Origin: Phycisphaerae bacterium | Lineage (GTDB): Bacteria; Planctomycetota; Phycisphaerae; UBA1845; Fen-1342 | Reading direction: 5' to 3' | Assembly (NCBI GenBank): GCA_963666925.2 | Contig: CAXXTC010000001.1 | Coordinates: 1 to 64,000, forward strand | Length of the DNA stretch: 64,000 nt | Shown: positions 18,098 to 33,157 of the stretch, one piece after another | Layout: every line of letters starts with the position of its first letter | How positions within the stretch are numbered: position 1 is the first letter of the stretch | Made by a program: the position numbers and the translations under genes | The notes under the pieces: model-generated | Database searches by the model: none | Seen by the model: the letters and a program-made list of their open reading frames with translations, nothing else | What the model was told of the DNA's origin: nothing

Positions 18098-18982
18098 TCA
18101 CGAAGAGAAGAGCGCCTGGACAGTGTGAAGTTCGGTGATGAGGTCGGCACCAAGGAGGTCGAGGTCTTCCGGGCCGATCTTGTAGCGGGTCATGATGTCG
18201 GGGTCACAGCGGTAGGCTAGACCGTCGTCACCGCCGCCGACGCCCATCATCAGGCAGACAGAGTCGGACAGGTGGATGGCGTGTACCAGCGGGTCATCGA
18301 TGGGGCATTCCTTGGGTTCGTGGTGGTAACGGATGCAACGCGCGATGGTGTCCGGGAGGCTCCACGTATCGGCCAGTCGGGAGCCGACTTCGGGGTGGGT
18401 GAAGCCGAGGACCTGTGCTTCCGCTTCGCAGAAGGTGATGTGGTCTTCCTGAACGCGGCGTGCGATTTCGGCGTAGTCACGCGCGACGTACTCATTCAGC
18501 ACCACCTTGCCGACGTCGTGCAGCAAGCCGGCGGTGAACAGCAGGCCGACCTGTTGCAGCTTCATCTGGCGGGCCAGCAGTTGGCCACCGAGCGCAACAG
18601 CTACAGAGTGGGACCACAGCGCGCCGGCGGGCAGACCGTAGCCTTCCTGGGCACGACTGAGCAACGCTCGACTGTGGGCTGCCATGACCAGTTGCATGAT
18701 CTTGAGCGTGCCGAGCAGGCGGACGGCGTCATCGAGCGACTCGACCGTGCGGGCCAAGCCGAAATAGGCGGAATTGCAGAGACGCAGGACCTCGGCGGTG
18801 ATCACCTGGTCGTAGCGGATGGTCTCGACAATCTGGCTGAGCGAGCTGCGCGGGTCGCTGACCACGCTGACCAGTCGCATGAGCGTATCGGGCAGGTGTG
18901 GCAGCGCCGTCACGCGCTCGACGACCTCGTCGATCGTGAGTGCACTTCTTGAGACTGCAGTGTCATTCGTGGGGGATGTCAC
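18098..18982 (-). CDS. HDOD domain protein
   Basis: LPHLP, VLRLCNSAYFG, LWSHS, GLLHDVGK, THPEVG, YHHEP. Confidence 0.92.
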   Translation of the reverse strand: MTSPTNDTAVSRSALTIDEVVERVTALPHLPDTLMRLVSVVSDPRSSLSQIVETIRYDQVITAEVLRLCNSAYFGLARTVESLDDAVRLLGTLKIMQLVMAAHSRALLSRAQEGYGLPAGALWSHSVAVALGGQLLARQMKLQQVGLLFTAGLLHDVGKVVLNEYVARDYAEIARRVQEDHITFCEAEAQVLGFTHPEVGSRLADTWSLPDTIARCIRYHHEPKECPIDDPLVHAIHLSDSVCLMMGVGGGDDGLAYRCDPDIMTRYKIGPEDLDLLGADLITELHTVQALFSS

Positions 18983-19482
18983 AGGGGCACCTCCTGATTG
19001 CGTGACCTGACGGTAACCGTGCCCGAGCCAATGTCGAGTTTGAGTGTCCGACTGACGGAACCACCAACGTCTTCGGAGTTGATCGCTACACCATTTTTCC
19101 AGAACAACTTGCGCAAGGCGAGGTAGTTGCGTTTACCGATGTTGAATGTCTTCGATTCGTCAAGGAGCTGCGCTCCGCCGGCTACCTTGATTATCAGCCG
19201 GTTCTTGACGGCGCCGATTTCGTAGGCGGCGTGAAACAGCTTGGGAACACCCGTATCGCAAAACATGGCCGGGTTGTTCTTGGCCTTTTCCGGTGAAAGG
19301 GATGATTCCGGCAACATGAAGTGGAGCAGGCCACCCACACGGGCAACCGGGTCGTAGATGACCAGTCCGATACAGCTTCCCAGGGAGTAAGTAATAAGCG
19401 AACTGTCGACATCTTTCGAAACGGTGAGGTCCGCTATATCTACCACGATGTTCATGCCCATCCTTGTTGCGCCGGCGGTCAC
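18979..19482 (-). CDS. cheD: Chemoreceptor glutamine deamidase CheD
   Basis: TYSLGSCIG, GGLLHFMLP, KVAGGA, IGKRN, EDVGG. Confidence 0.95.
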   Translation of the reverse strand: MTAGATRMGMNIVVDIADLTVSKDVDSSLITYSLGSCIGLVIYDPVARVGGLLHFMLPESSLSPEKAKNNPAMFCDTGVPKLFHAAYEIGAVKNRLIIKVAGGAQLLDESKTFNIGKRNYLALRKLFWKNGVAINSEDVGGSVSRTLKLDIGSGTVTVRSRNQEVPL

Positions 19483-19533
19483 TTGGTCTCCCGCCCAGTA
19501 GCGGGCGATTGCTGCCGGGGCCTGATACCGTCT

Positions 19534-19561
19534 ACATCGGCTACTCGGCGGCAGCGCTGCA
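19534..19561 (-). promoter_or_regulatory. Possible sigma28 promoter of cheD
   Basis: TGCA-N16-GCCGATGT; the -10 is good but the -35 is weak. Confidence 0.35.
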
Positions 19562-19721
19562 ACCGCGCGCCGCCGATAACTGCTAACTTCGGCAACCGGT
19601 CCCAGTCGATCGCCTCAGTTGTTTCGCTGGCATTCCGGACGCTGTTGCCCTCTCGGTGTTGCAGTTGTGCGTCCGTGAGAATCGACGATGGTCGGATCGG
19701 TGTGAATCCGCGTCCGTTGTT

Positions 19722-20237
19722 CTAGCGGAGACCGGCGCCTTCGGCGGTGCCGGCGTCGGTGAGCATGGTCGTCAGGCCTTCGGATCCCAATGCCCGGTCG
19801 ATTCCTAGCAGGATCTTCACGTTGTCTTTGACTTTGCCCATGCCCATGATGAAGCTGGTATCGACCGCGGCGCCCAACGGGGGGGGAGGAGCGATCTGGT
19901 CATCGTCGAGGTCGAGCACTTCCTGCACGGTATCCACGACGACCCCGACCAGTGATCCGATATCTACGACCACAATGCAGGTTTGCTCAGTGTATTCCGC
20001 CGGTTCCATGCCGAACTTGAGCCGCAGGTCAATCACAGGGATGACCTTGCCGCGCAGATTGATGACGCCTTTCACGTATTTGGGTGTCTGGGGCATGGCG
20101 GTGATGTCCATGATCCCGATAATCTCGCGGACCTTGAGAATCTCGATGCCGTACTCTTCGCCCGCGAGGCTGAAGGTGAGGTATTTCCCGCCCGGGGCGG
20201 TTTGGTGGGCCTGGTCCTGCTCTGTTGCCGCTGGCAT
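19722..20237 (-). CDS. cheW: Chemotaxis coupling protein CheW
   Basis: KYLTFSL..EEYGI, GVINLRGKVIPVIDLR; AGGAG RBS before the ATG at 20237. Confidence 0.95.
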   Translation of the reverse strand: MPAATEQDQAHQTAPGGKYLTFSLAGEEYGIEILKVREIIGIMDITAMPQTPKYVKGVINLRGKVIPVIDLRLKFGMEPAEYTEQTCIVVVDIGSLVGVVVDTVQEVLDLDDDQIAPPPPLGAAVDTSFIMGMGKVKDNVKILLGIDRALGSEGLTTMLTDAGTAEGAGLR

Positions 20238-20350
20238 GGGGTACTCCTGTCTTTCATAGAGCCGGCGTCTTGCCGGGGGGGACGCGTACGTGTGGCACGG
20301 GCGGAATCGGCTTGGTCGGCGCGCCGCGCGAGGCGTGCCTTCCCGACGCA

Positions 20351-22759
20351 TCAGGTCTGTGCGGACGAAGGTCCCGATAAGCCGGAGGAGGCCGCATCGG
20401 GCACCGCTGGCTCAGTCATCCCGTCCGTATTGTCGGCCGGTGGCACGTGGCCAGTTTGGTTCTCCTGATTCTCATTGGCGATATCGGACATCCGGGCGGT
20501 GGCCGACTCGGTTTGGTCGGCGTGGCACGATTCGGCGGCGGTGAACCTGGTCTGGCCTCGTAGCCGGTCTGAGCAGAAGCTGCTGCCGACCTGGTTGTGC
20601 CGCTCCAGCAGACCGGCGGGTTCCAGGATCAGGCCGACCCGGCCATCGCCGAGGATGGCGGCCCCGGAGACTCCCTGAACCTGTTTGAACCGTGATCCGA
20701 GGGTCTTGATGACGACCTGTTGCTGGCCGATCAGCTCGTCAACGACCAGGGCGATTTTGTGGCCTTCGGCCTGGACCAGCACGACGAGGTTTTCGCAGGG
20801 GTCGATGGGGTCGCCGTAGCCGAACAGGGCGCCGAGCTGAATCACGGGGCACAGTTCTCCGCGGACCTGGAGCATCTCGCCGCGGCGCTGGACGGTGGAG
20901 ATGTGTCGGGCTTCGGGTCGCAAGGATTGGTCTATGAGGATTGTGGGGATGATCAGACGCTCGTTGTGAACGCCGACGATCATGCCGTCGATGATGGCGA
21001 GCGTTAGCGGCAGTCGGATGTGGAAGGTCGTCCCGCGACCCACGTCTGAGGTGATCTCGATCTTGCCGTGTAACTGTTCGACGTTGCGCTTGACGACGTC
21101 CATGCCCACGCCGCGGCCCGAGATTTCGGTGATCCGGCTGGCCGTGGAGAAGCCGGGCTGGAGGATGAGCCCGAAGGCCTGGGAGTCGCTGAGCTCCTCG
21201 TCGGGCTTGACCAGTCCGCGTTCTATGCCCTTCTCGATCAGTTTCCGCGGGTCGAGCCCTTGGCCGTCGTCGCTGATTGCGATGACGATGCTGTCGCCCT
21301 GGTGATAGGCGTTGAGCCGAACCTGGCCCGTTTCCGGCTTGCCCGCCTGCCGGCGTGCGGCGGAGTCCTCGATGCCGTGATCGACGGCGTTACGTACCAT
21401 GTGCATCAGCGGGTCGGAGATCTGCTGGATGACGTTCTTGTCCAGCTCGGTGTCCTCGCCGTTGATGGCGAGCTCGACCTTCCTGCCAGATTTGCGGGCG
21501 ACGTCGCGGACCAGGCGGCGCATCTTCTGAAAAGTGTGTCCGATGGGGACCATGCGCATGGCCATGGCGGTCTCCTGGACGTCGCGGACGATCTTGCTGA
21601 CCTGTGCGACGTTGCGCTGCAACCGGTGATCGGTGAGCACGGTCCGTGACAGGTTCACCATCGACTGAGCGATGACCAGTTCGCCGACGGTGTCGACGAG
21701 CAGATCGAGCTTGGCGGTGTCGACGCGAATCGAGTAGTCGGCCAGCGTTTGGTCGGAGGCCGGTGCGGGGCGCGCCCCACTCGCATCAGCGGGCGTGTGG
21801 TCGAGGTCGTCAGGCGTGACTGCCTGATCTGTATCCTGGTCGTGGACTTGTTGCTCGGGCGTTGGCGGCGCTGCCTCAGTGAACTCGCCGCGGGCCGCAC
21901 GTTGCAACAGCGTCATGATCTCGCGAATGTCGGGCTGCGGGCAGGGGTCAGCAGTGGGGGCGGCCATGAACTGGCGGATGAAGTCGATCTGGACCTTGAG
22001 TGCATCCACGCCGCTGAAAACGAGGTCCACGATCCCGGTGTTGATGGACATCGTGCCCTTGCGGCCCTGGTCGAGGATGGTCTCCATCTCATGGGTAAGG
22101 CGGTTGACGTCGCGCAGGTTAAGAAAGCCGGCGATGCCCTTGATGGTGTGCAGTGGGCGGAACAACGCGTCGAGCTTGCCGGTGTCGTGCGGGGCGGATT
22201 CCACCTCGAGCAGGCCGGCCTCGATGGCGTCCATGTGCTCGAGGGACTCTTCCAGGAACGCGTTGATGTGATCTGCTTCCGCGACGTCTATGATCAGCGG
22301 CTCGCTGACGTATTCCTCGACCGGCGACGCGTCGGCCGGTTCGGCTGCGGTGGTTGCCGGCGGTGTCGGTTGGGTTGACGACAGGTCTGGCGCGGGCGGC
22401 GGGGCTGCGATCGGCAGGGTAACGCCGGCAGAAGCGCACACCCGATCCAGCAGCGGAGTGGCAACGCACGGGGCGCCCTGGTGCAGTTGCTCCAGCGCTT
22501 GCACAACCTCGGGGATGAGCTGGATGCCGGCGTCCGCGTCGGCTGCTTCGTCCAGGATCAGCCGTTCGAGCAGTACGACGAGGCCGTTAGCAAGGTCGCG
22601 AACCACCTGCTGCTGTTCCGGGGTGAGCCCTACGGGAGCAGACTCGATCAGATTCTGGCACCACGAGTGCATCTGGGCCAGTCCGCCCAGGTCGTTGCGA
22701 TCGAGCGGCTTCGAGACGGCCTCCCTAAGGCCGGTAAGTGCCTGTTCGGCGATGGTCAT
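20351..22759 (-). CDS. cheA: Chemotaxis histidine kinase CheA
   Basis: Hpt FRPLHTIKG, IRVD..KLD.L...VGELVI, HMVRNAVDHGIE, SGRGVGMDVV and a CheW-like P5 domain. Start uncertain (22759 or 22846). Confidence 0.95.
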   Translation of the reverse strand: MTIAEQALTGLREAVSKPLDRNDLGGLAQMHSWCQNLIESAPVGLTPEQQQVVRDLANGLVVLLERLILDEAADADAGIQLIPEVVQALEQLHQGAPCVATPLLDRVCASAGVTLPIAAPPPAPDLSSTQPTPPATTAAEPADASPVEEYVSEPLIIDVAEADHINAFLEESLEHMDAIEAGLLEVESAPHDTGKLDALFRPLHTIKGIAGFLNLRDVNRLTHEMETILDQGRKGTMSINTGIVDLVFSGVDALKVQIDFIRQFMAAPTADPCPQPDIREIMTLLQRAARGEFTEAAPPTPEQQVHDQDTDQAVTPDDLDHTPADASGARPAPASDQTLADYSIRVDTAKLDLLVDTVGELVIAQSMVNLSRTVLTDHRLQRNVAQVSKIVRDVQETAMAMRMVPIGHTFQKMRRLVRDVARKSGRKVELAINGEDTELDKNVIQQISDPLMHMVRNAVDHGIEDSAARRQAGKPETGQVRLNAYHQGDSIVIAISDDGQGLDPRKLIEKGIERGLVKPDEELSDSQAFGLILQPGFSTASRITEISGRGVGMDVVKRNVEQLHGKIEITSDVGRGTTFHIRLPLTLAIIDGMIVGVHNERLIIPTILIDQSLRPEARHISTVQRRGEMLQVRGELCPVIQLGALFGYGDPIDPCENLVVLVQAEGHKIALVVDELIGQQQVVIKTLGSRFKQVQGVSGAAILGDGRVGLILEPAGLLERHNQVGSSFCSDRLRGQTRFTAAESCHADQTESATARMSDIANENQENQTGHVPPADNTDGMTEPAVPDAASSGLSGPSSAQT

Positions 22760-22857
22760 GTCGGTACCACTGGCTGGACGGAATCCAAACGCCCCGGCGT
22801 GTCCGGGCGTCGGCCCGCGGCACTGCCCGTGCTCCCGGGACGGCACCCTCAGTATCG

Positions 22858-22885
22858 ATATCGTGTCAGCCGCGGTTGGCGTTGA
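22858..22885 (-). promoter_or_regulatory. sigma28-like promoter of cheA
   Basis: TCAA-N16-CACGATAT directly upstream of a chemotaxis operon. Confidence 0.5.
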
Positions 22886-23295
22886 ATGTGACCCGATTTC
22901 CCGGTCCCTGCGGTCGTCGGACTCTGCCAGGGCCCGGATAACTGGCTCCTGGCCAAGGGGTTATATGTGTATGGTTGAACAGCGGGGGTGGCTTCTCCGG
23001 GCTCGCACCGTCCGAGTAGGTTTCGGTAGATCACGCCGTCTGGGCAGGTTCGGCCCCCGCGCACGGGCAAACCCACCTTCGGCGGGACTGCCCATGCCAC
23101 CCCGCCTGTCTGTCTCCTATGGCACCCAATCGGCCTGCCCTCCACCTAGTGCTACGCAACGGGGCGGGGCACGTGGGCGGGCCGTGCCCAAAGGTGGGCG
23201 CGCGCGTTATACTTCTCGATTCGGTGGTCATCGGCACTATTAGCCGGACCGGCTGCGTGTGAGAGAGTCTCGTTACCTAGCGGAGGTTGGTCGTC

Positions 23296-24846
23296 ATGTT
23301 GATGCCGTTCCGTCCTGAGCCTTATGTGGATTTCAATGAGCCTGAGCCGCGGCAGAAGATGCTCGCCGCCCTGAAAGACGTGCGTAGCAAGCTGGGGCGC
23401 AAGTACCCGTTACGCATCGGCGACCAGTTGATTGACACTGATCGCAAGATCGATTCGCTCATGCCGGGGGATTTCAAGACGGTCGTGGGGCACGTAAGCA
23501 AGGCCAATGCAGACCAGGCGGAGCAGGCCATTCAGGTCGCTTCAGAGACGTTCAAGACCTGGAGCCGGGTGGTGCCGGAAGTACGTGCGAAAGTTCTGCT
23601 CAAGGCGGCCGCCATCATGCGCCGCCGGCTTTACGAACTGTCGGCGTGGGAGTGTTTCGAAGAATCAAAGGGCTGGCTCGAAGCCTATGCGGACGTTTGC
23701 GAGGCGATTGATTTCCTCGATTTCTATGGCCGCGAGATGATTCGCCTGGGCGGTTCGCAGGATGTTACGCCGTTCCCCGGCGAGGACAACGAGCTGCGCT
23801 ACATGCCGCTGGGCGTAGGTGTGGTGATTCCGCCATGGAATTTCCCGCTGGCGATTACCGCTGGCATGACCAGTGCGACGATCGTGACCGGCAACACGTG
23901 CGTGCTCAAGCCGGCCAGCACGGCGCCGGTGATTGCCGCCATCATGTGCGAGATTTTTGAAGATGCTGGCCTGCCGCCGGGCGTGCTGAATTTCTGCCCG
24001 GGTTCGGGCGGTGAGATCGGCGACCTGCTGGTCGAGCATCCCAAGACGCGTTTTGTGGCGTTTACGGGCTCGATGGAGGTCGGCTTGGGCATCTACGAGA
24101 AGTGTGGCAAGGTTTCGAAGGGGCAGATCTGGCTCAAGCGGGCCATCCTGGAGATGGGCGGCAAGGACTGCATCGTGGTCGATGAGACGGCCGACCTCGA
24201 CGCGGCCGCCGACGGGGCCGTATACGCGGCTTTCGGTTTCCAGGGCCAGAAGTGCTCGGCGTGCAGCCGGCTGATCGTGCATCAGGATGTCTACGACAAG
24301 TTGCTGGAGAAGGTGGTCGAGCGGGCCCGCAAGCTGACGGTCGGCGACACCACGGGCGAAGAGAACCTCTTCATGGGCGCCGTCATCGACGAGAACGCCC
24401 ACAAGACCATCAACAAGTACATCGAGATCGGCAAGCAGGAAGGCCGCGCGGTACTGGCGGACACGAAAGTGCCAGCGGGCGGCTACTTTGTTCCGCCGAC
24501 GATCATCGCCGACGTCGATCGCAACGACAAAATCGCCCAGGAGGAGATCTTCGGGCCGGTGCTGGCGGTCATCAAGGCACGCGACTTTGACGACGCGCTG
24601 GAGATTGCCAATGGGACGATCTACGGGTTGACCGGAGCGTTGTTCTCGAAGGACCGCTTCCGGCTGGAACGGGCGCGGCACGAGTTCCACGTTGGCAATC
24701 TGTACTTCAATCGCAAGTGCACCGGCGCGCTCGTCGACGTGCAGCCGTTCGGCGGCTTCAACATGAGCGGCACGGACAGCAAGGCCGGCGGCCGCGACTA
24801 CCTGTTGTTGTTCATGCAGGGCAAGTCGATTACCGAGCGCTGGTAA
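23296..24846 (+). CDS. pruA: L-glutamate gamma-semialdehyde (P5C) dehydrogenase, RocA/PruA type
   Basis: [56 protein letters not shown]. Confidence 0.93.
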   Translation: MLMPFRPEPYVDFNEPEPRQKMLAALKDVRSKLGRKYPLRIGDQLIDTDRKIDSLMPGDFKTVVGHVSKANADQAEQAIQVASETFKTWSRVVPEVRAKVLLKAAAIMRRRLYELSAWECFEESKGWLEAYADVCEAIDFLDFYGREMIRLGGSQDVTPFPGEDNELRYMPLGVGVVIPPWNFPLAITAGMTSATIVTGNTCVLKPASTAPVIAAIMCEIFEDAGLPPGVLNFCPGSGGEIGDLLVEHPKTRFVAFTGSMEVGLGIYEKCGKVSKGQIWLKRAILEMGGKDCIVVDETADLDAAADGAVYAAFGFQGQKCSACSRLIVHQDVYDKLLEKVVERARKLTVGDTTGEENLFMGAVIDENAHKTINKYIEIGKQEGRAVLADTKVPAGGYFVPPTIIADVDRNDKIAQEEIFGPVLAVIKARDFDDALEIANGTIYGLTGALFSKDRFRLERARHEFHVGNLYFNRKCTGALVDVQPFGGFNMSGTDSKAGGRDYLLLFMQGKSITERW

Positions 24847-24933
24847 GTCAGTGGGCGGGGGGCCGAGTTTGGCCCAGCGGCGCCGCGCTGTCGTCGATGG
24901 CAGCGCGGCGCGGCGGGCCGATTGGGGGTTTCC

Positions 24934-26355
<1,422 letters not shown>

Positions 26356-26434
26356 GTCCGGGACCTCCTTGACAGGCTTATGCGACGTCCGGGCTCAGAA
26401 GATACCGTGGCCGAATTGCACTCGCCAGCGGCGG

Positions 26435-29188
26435 TTATTTCTCGGTCAGTTCGATGGCGCCGGTCCAGCTTTCGGGCGGCGGCGTTTGCTGATACTGCTG
26501 CGCCGTTTGAATGTGAAACGTCGCGGCACGGTCGTCGGGGCGGAGCTTGGCACACGCGCTGAACTCTGACAGCGCTCGAGCCCAGTTGCGCTGCTGGAAG
26601 GTGTCGAGGGCGTGGGCGAATTGATCGGCATAGTGCAGCGTGTCGGCCGGAACGTCGGCGGCGCGGCCGAGCAGTTCGTGCACGCCGACGGCCTGGGTCT
26701 TGCCCTTGACCTGCACGCCGCCGAGCGGGCGGAAGGCGAACTCGTCGCCGACCTGGGCGCGCGTCGTTTCGCTGACGAGCCGGCACGTGCCGAAGAACTT
26801 GTTGGCGGATTCGAGTCGGGCGGCGACGTTCACGGAATCGCCGATGCAGGTGTAATCGTATTTCTGCTCTGAGCCGCAGGGGCCGACGACGGCGTTGCCG
26901 GTGGCGACGCCGACACGCAGCGCGAGTTGGGCAAAAGCTTCGTCGCCGCCCGTGGCCTGCACGCGGATCAGTTCGTCCAGCGCGCGTTGCAGATCGACGG
27001 CCGTCGCGCAGGCGCGGCGGGCGTGGTCGGTTTGCGGATAGATCACCGGGTTCCAGAAGGCGAAGATGCCGTCGCCGATGAATTTGTTGATCATCGCCTC
27101 GTGGCGCAGCATGACGTCACTGAAACGGCCCAGCGCGACGTTGAGTACGTGCTGGGTTCGCTCGGCGCCGATCCGTTCCGAGATGGCGGTGAAGTTGGCG
27201 AGGTCGGTGAAAATAGCGGTGACCTCGCGCATCTCGGCACGTTTACACAGCTCGGCGTCTTCGGCCATTCGGCGGGCCAGCGTGGCGGACGTGTACTGCC
27301 CGAGAGCGCGGGCGATCTGACGCGATTCGCGTTCGAGGAAGAGGTGGCGGTGCACGACCACGACGACGTAGCCCAGCGCGAGCGTCAGGCCGGCCGGCAC
27401 GAGCGCCACCCAAACGCTCCACATCTGGAACGCGGCCCAGCCGGCGAGCAGCGCGTAGATCGCGATTAGCAGCAGCGTGATGATGCCGGCCAGGCGTGGG
27501 CCAGTTCGGCTGGAAACCCAGGTCGCGAGCAGGCCGACGAGGGCCGCCAGCAGTGCGTTCACCCAGGTCGGTACCCAACGCACCGTGCGACCCGTGAGCA
27601 GGCCGTTGAGCAGGTTGGCATGGGCGATGACGCCCGGAGCCCGGCGATGCGTCGGGATTGGCGTCATGTCGGCCAACGCGGACGCGGTGTAGCCCAACAG
27701 GCCGATCTTGTCGGCGACGCGCTCACGCAGCCAGCTCAACGTCGACTCGATCTCCTCGCGGTAGGCGCGGTTGGCGCTGAGGGCGTCGCGGGCGATGCGC
27801 AGGACGTCGATCGTCGCGGGCTGGGCCGCGTCAGATGAGGCGCTGGTCGGGGCCGAGCTCAGGGCAGTCTCAATATCCGACAGCAACGCGGGCTCAGACT
27901 CGGCCAGCAGGTTCTCATATTGATCGAGCCCGCGGGCGATGAACTCGGCCGAGTCGGCGTCGTCGGCCCAGCGGGCGCGGTGCAGCTCGTCGGCGAGTTC
28001 CAGCGTGCGCCCCAGATCCTGGTGAAACTGGGTCCAGTTCGTCATGAGCCCCCGGGTGATCAGCGTGTCGAGGGCGCTCAGTAGCTCTTCGCGGTTGAAA
28101 CGCGTCCGCAGGCGGCGGTCGAACACGACCCAGGCCGCATCGATCGGCACGTGCGCGCCAAACTGTTGGTGCCAGTCGCGCTCGGCCAGCCAGGGGATCA
28201 TGGCCCGGCCCTGGTCGTCGAGTTGAATGACCAGCGGCTCATCAGCGCCGGGCGCGGGCAACGTGAGGGCCCTCGGCGTGGCGGAGATGTTCTCGGGCGG
28301 GATGTTCAGCTCGTCGAGCGCGACGGACAGCGCGAGTTGCGGGACGGCCACGCCCGAGTGCTCGACCAGCAGACGCGTGCGGCGCATCACGCCATCCAGG
28401 TCCGGATCGAACACCACGAAGCCGCAATGCCGGGCGGCCCGGGCGTGAGCGAAATAGATCGGCGTCAGCGCGGGCACCGGCGGGGCTGCGGCAGCGACCC
28501 CTGCCAGCGGCAGGCGCGCCCGGTCGAGCGTCGCCCGCAGACTCAGCTCGAACGACAGTGCCACCAGGGCGGACTCATGCTCCGCTGGCGTGATGTCGGC
28601 ATCGGCCAGCAGCCGGTCGACATAAGTGTGCGGCGGGGCCGACAGCAGTTCAGGGTGCGCAGCGAGCCAATCGCGGATGCGCCGGCGCAACTCGCGTGTG
28701 GCGGGCGTGGTCAGCTCTTCCGATTGGTAATGAAACGCCAGGTACGACTGGCCCCAGTTCTGCAACGTGGTGCGCAACTCGATATCGGGCAGCGTCAGCG
28801 TGAACATATTGACGCGCAGGGCGGCCAGGTTGGCCAGCAGGTCGCTGTGGCGTGCGACGACCGAGCGCAGCGGCTCCGACTCGGTGAGCTCGATGTCGTA
28901 GAGGAGGCGGCGCAGGCCGGCCTCGTGCAGCACGCCCAGAATGCCGGCCTGAATATCACGCGACCAGGGCCAGCGGCCGACGTGTTCGAGGGCGCCGTCG
29001 TCGATATCGATACAGACGAGGCGATCGTCCTGGACGCGGTTCGCGTTGGCGTGGCGGAATCGCAGGTCAAGCGTCTTGAGCTCGAGCCAGTCTAGCCCCC
29101 CAACCAGGTACACCAGCACAATCGCGGCGGTTGCGAGCAGCCCCACGACCAGCGATTGTGCGTTGCCGCGTTGTTTGCGTTTGTTCAC
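26435..29188 (-). CDS. CHASE2-domain membrane adenylate cyclase (class III) with TPR-like tail
   Basis: IDIDD..GRWPW (CHASE2), PGVIAHAN, 3 TMs, FTDLANFT, KFIGDG, YTCIGDSVNVAARLE. Confidence 0.92.
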   Translation of the reverse strand: MNKRKQRGNAQSLVVGLLATAAIVLVYLVGGLDWLELKTLDLRFRHANANRVQDDRLVCIDIDDGALEHVGRWPWSRDIQAGILGVLHEAGLRRLLYDIELTESEPLRSVVARHSDLLANLAALRVNMFTLTLPDIELRTTLQNWGQSYLAFHYQSEELTTPATRELRRRIRDWLAAHPELLSAPPHTYVDRLLADADITPAEHESALVALSFELSLRATLDRARLPLAGVAAAAPPVPALTPIYFAHARAARHCGFVVFDPDLDGVMRRTRLLVEHSGVAVPQLALSVALDELNIPPENISATPRALTLPAPGADEPLVIQLDDQGRAMIPWLAERDWHQQFGAHVPIDAAWVVFDRRLRTRFNREELLSALDTLITRGLMTNWTQFHQDLGRTLELADELHRARWADDADSAEFIARGLDQYENLLAESEPALLSDIETALSSAPTSASSDAAQPATIDVLRIARDALSANRAYREEIESTLSWLRERVADKIGLLGYTASALADMTPIPTHRRAPGVIAHANLLNGLLTGRTVRWVPTWVNALLAALVGLLATWVSSRTGPRLAGIITLLLIAIYALLAGWAAFQMWSVWVALVPAGLTLALGYVVVVVHRHLFLERESRQIARALGQYTSATLARRMAEDAELCKRAEMREVTAIFTDLANFTAISERIGAERTQHVLNVALGRFSDVMLRHEAMINKFIGDGIFAFWNPVIYPQTDHARRACATAVDLQRALDELIRVQATGGDEAFAQLALRVGVATGNAVVGPCGSEQKYDYTCIGDSVNVAARLESANKFFGTCRLVSETTRAQVGDEFAFRPLGGVQVKGKTQAVGVHELLGRAADVPADTLHYADQFAHALDTFQQRNWARALSEFSACAKLRPDDRAATFHIQTAQQYQQTPPPESWTGAIELTEK

Positions 29189-29239
29189 GGCCTGCTATTG
29201 TCGCCGGCGTGACGAGCACGGCAAGCGGGCCGGCGGTGC

Positions 29240-32167
<2,928 letters not shown>

Positions 32168-32279
32168 GGGTGGTCAGACTCCCTATATACGAAACCCGAC
32201 TCTGCTCTTGCCATGCGGGGCCGGCCAACTGAGGCGGCGGTAGCTGGTACGGGCGGGGCTGGAAGCTGTTTCAGAATCC

Positions 32280-32334
32280 CTGTGGCACCGGTTTTCGACC
32301 AGTGATTCCCACTGGTTACAAAACAATGCCACAG
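32280..32334 (+). repeat. Palindromic REP doublet, family B
   Basis: CTGTGGCACCGGTTTTCGACCAGTG...CACTGGTTACAAAACAATGCCACAG; inverted near-copy at 35542-35595. Confidence 0.8.
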
Positions 32335-32348
32335 TTCTGAAACAAGGG

Positions 32349-32732
32349 CTACGTTTCACTGATCATCGCGTCGTAGGCCGCCCCGTCCATCATCTTCTCC
32401 AGCGGGGCAAGATCGCTGCACTTGATCTTCAGCATCCAGCCATCGTCGAAGGGGTCGTTGTTCAGCAGTTCGGGTTCGTCGGCGAGCCGTTCATTGACGC
32501 CTGTCACTTCACCGCTCACGGGGCAGTACAGCTCGCTGGTGGCCTTGACCGATTCGACTTCGCCGAAGTTGCCGCCGCCCTCGATCTGGTCGCCGACAGC
32601 GGGCAGATCGACAAAAGTGATGTCGGTCAACTCGTCGGCGGCAAACTGGGTGATGCCGACGGTAACAACGTCGCCGTCAGCCTTGAACCACTCGTGTGTC
32701 TGTGAGTATTTGCGATCGTTGGGCACCGCCAT
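32349..32732 (-). CDS. gcvH: Glycine cleavage system H protein
   Basis: HEW, VGITQFA, lipoyl-lysine motif VESVKA, PELLN.DP. Confidence 0.97.
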   Translation of the reverse strand: MAVPNDRKYSQTHEWFKADGDVVTVGITQFAADELTDITFVDLPAVGDQIEGGGNFGEVESVKATSELYCPVSGEVTGVNERLADEPELLNNDPFDDGWMLKIKCSDLAPLEKMMDGAAYDAMISET

Positions 32733-32996
32733 GCGCACCTCTCCTGTTAGCTCTACGCTCTTCCGGAAATAGCAGCACCGCCGCGCCTAGGTACCATCCG
32801 CGGGCGCTGGCCGTTGGCCGGGCACACTACGTTGCCGGGACGCGTTCCCATCGCGGGTGCACACCTGCCGGGTCAATCACCGGCAGACCGAGCATATTAA
32901 GCGATGGCTGGGGTCGGCGGTAGGGGGCGGGCGGCCAGGTGTGGCGGGCGTCCGAGCTTGTGAGCCAATCGCCCGATCGTGAAGTGGAGCGGGCAA

Positions 32997-33068
32997 GTGG
33001 GGCGGGCGTCTCGCCCGCCAAGCCCGGTTGAAACGCGGTCAGCAAGTCGGCCGAGATGGCCGACCCAC
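32997..33068 (+). repeat. REP doublet, family A (GTGG + GC hairpin)
   Basis: GTGGGGCGGGCGTCTCGCCCGCC plus an inverted variant GTGGGTCGGCCATCTCGGCCGAC. Confidence 0.75.
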
Positions 33069-33157
33069 CTCACCGTCGTAGCGAGTTGCCGCATACTCTG
33101 GCTGCCCTGGTGGGGGGGCTTAAGTGGTGCGGCGGCCGCGACTTGGGCGATTATTAA

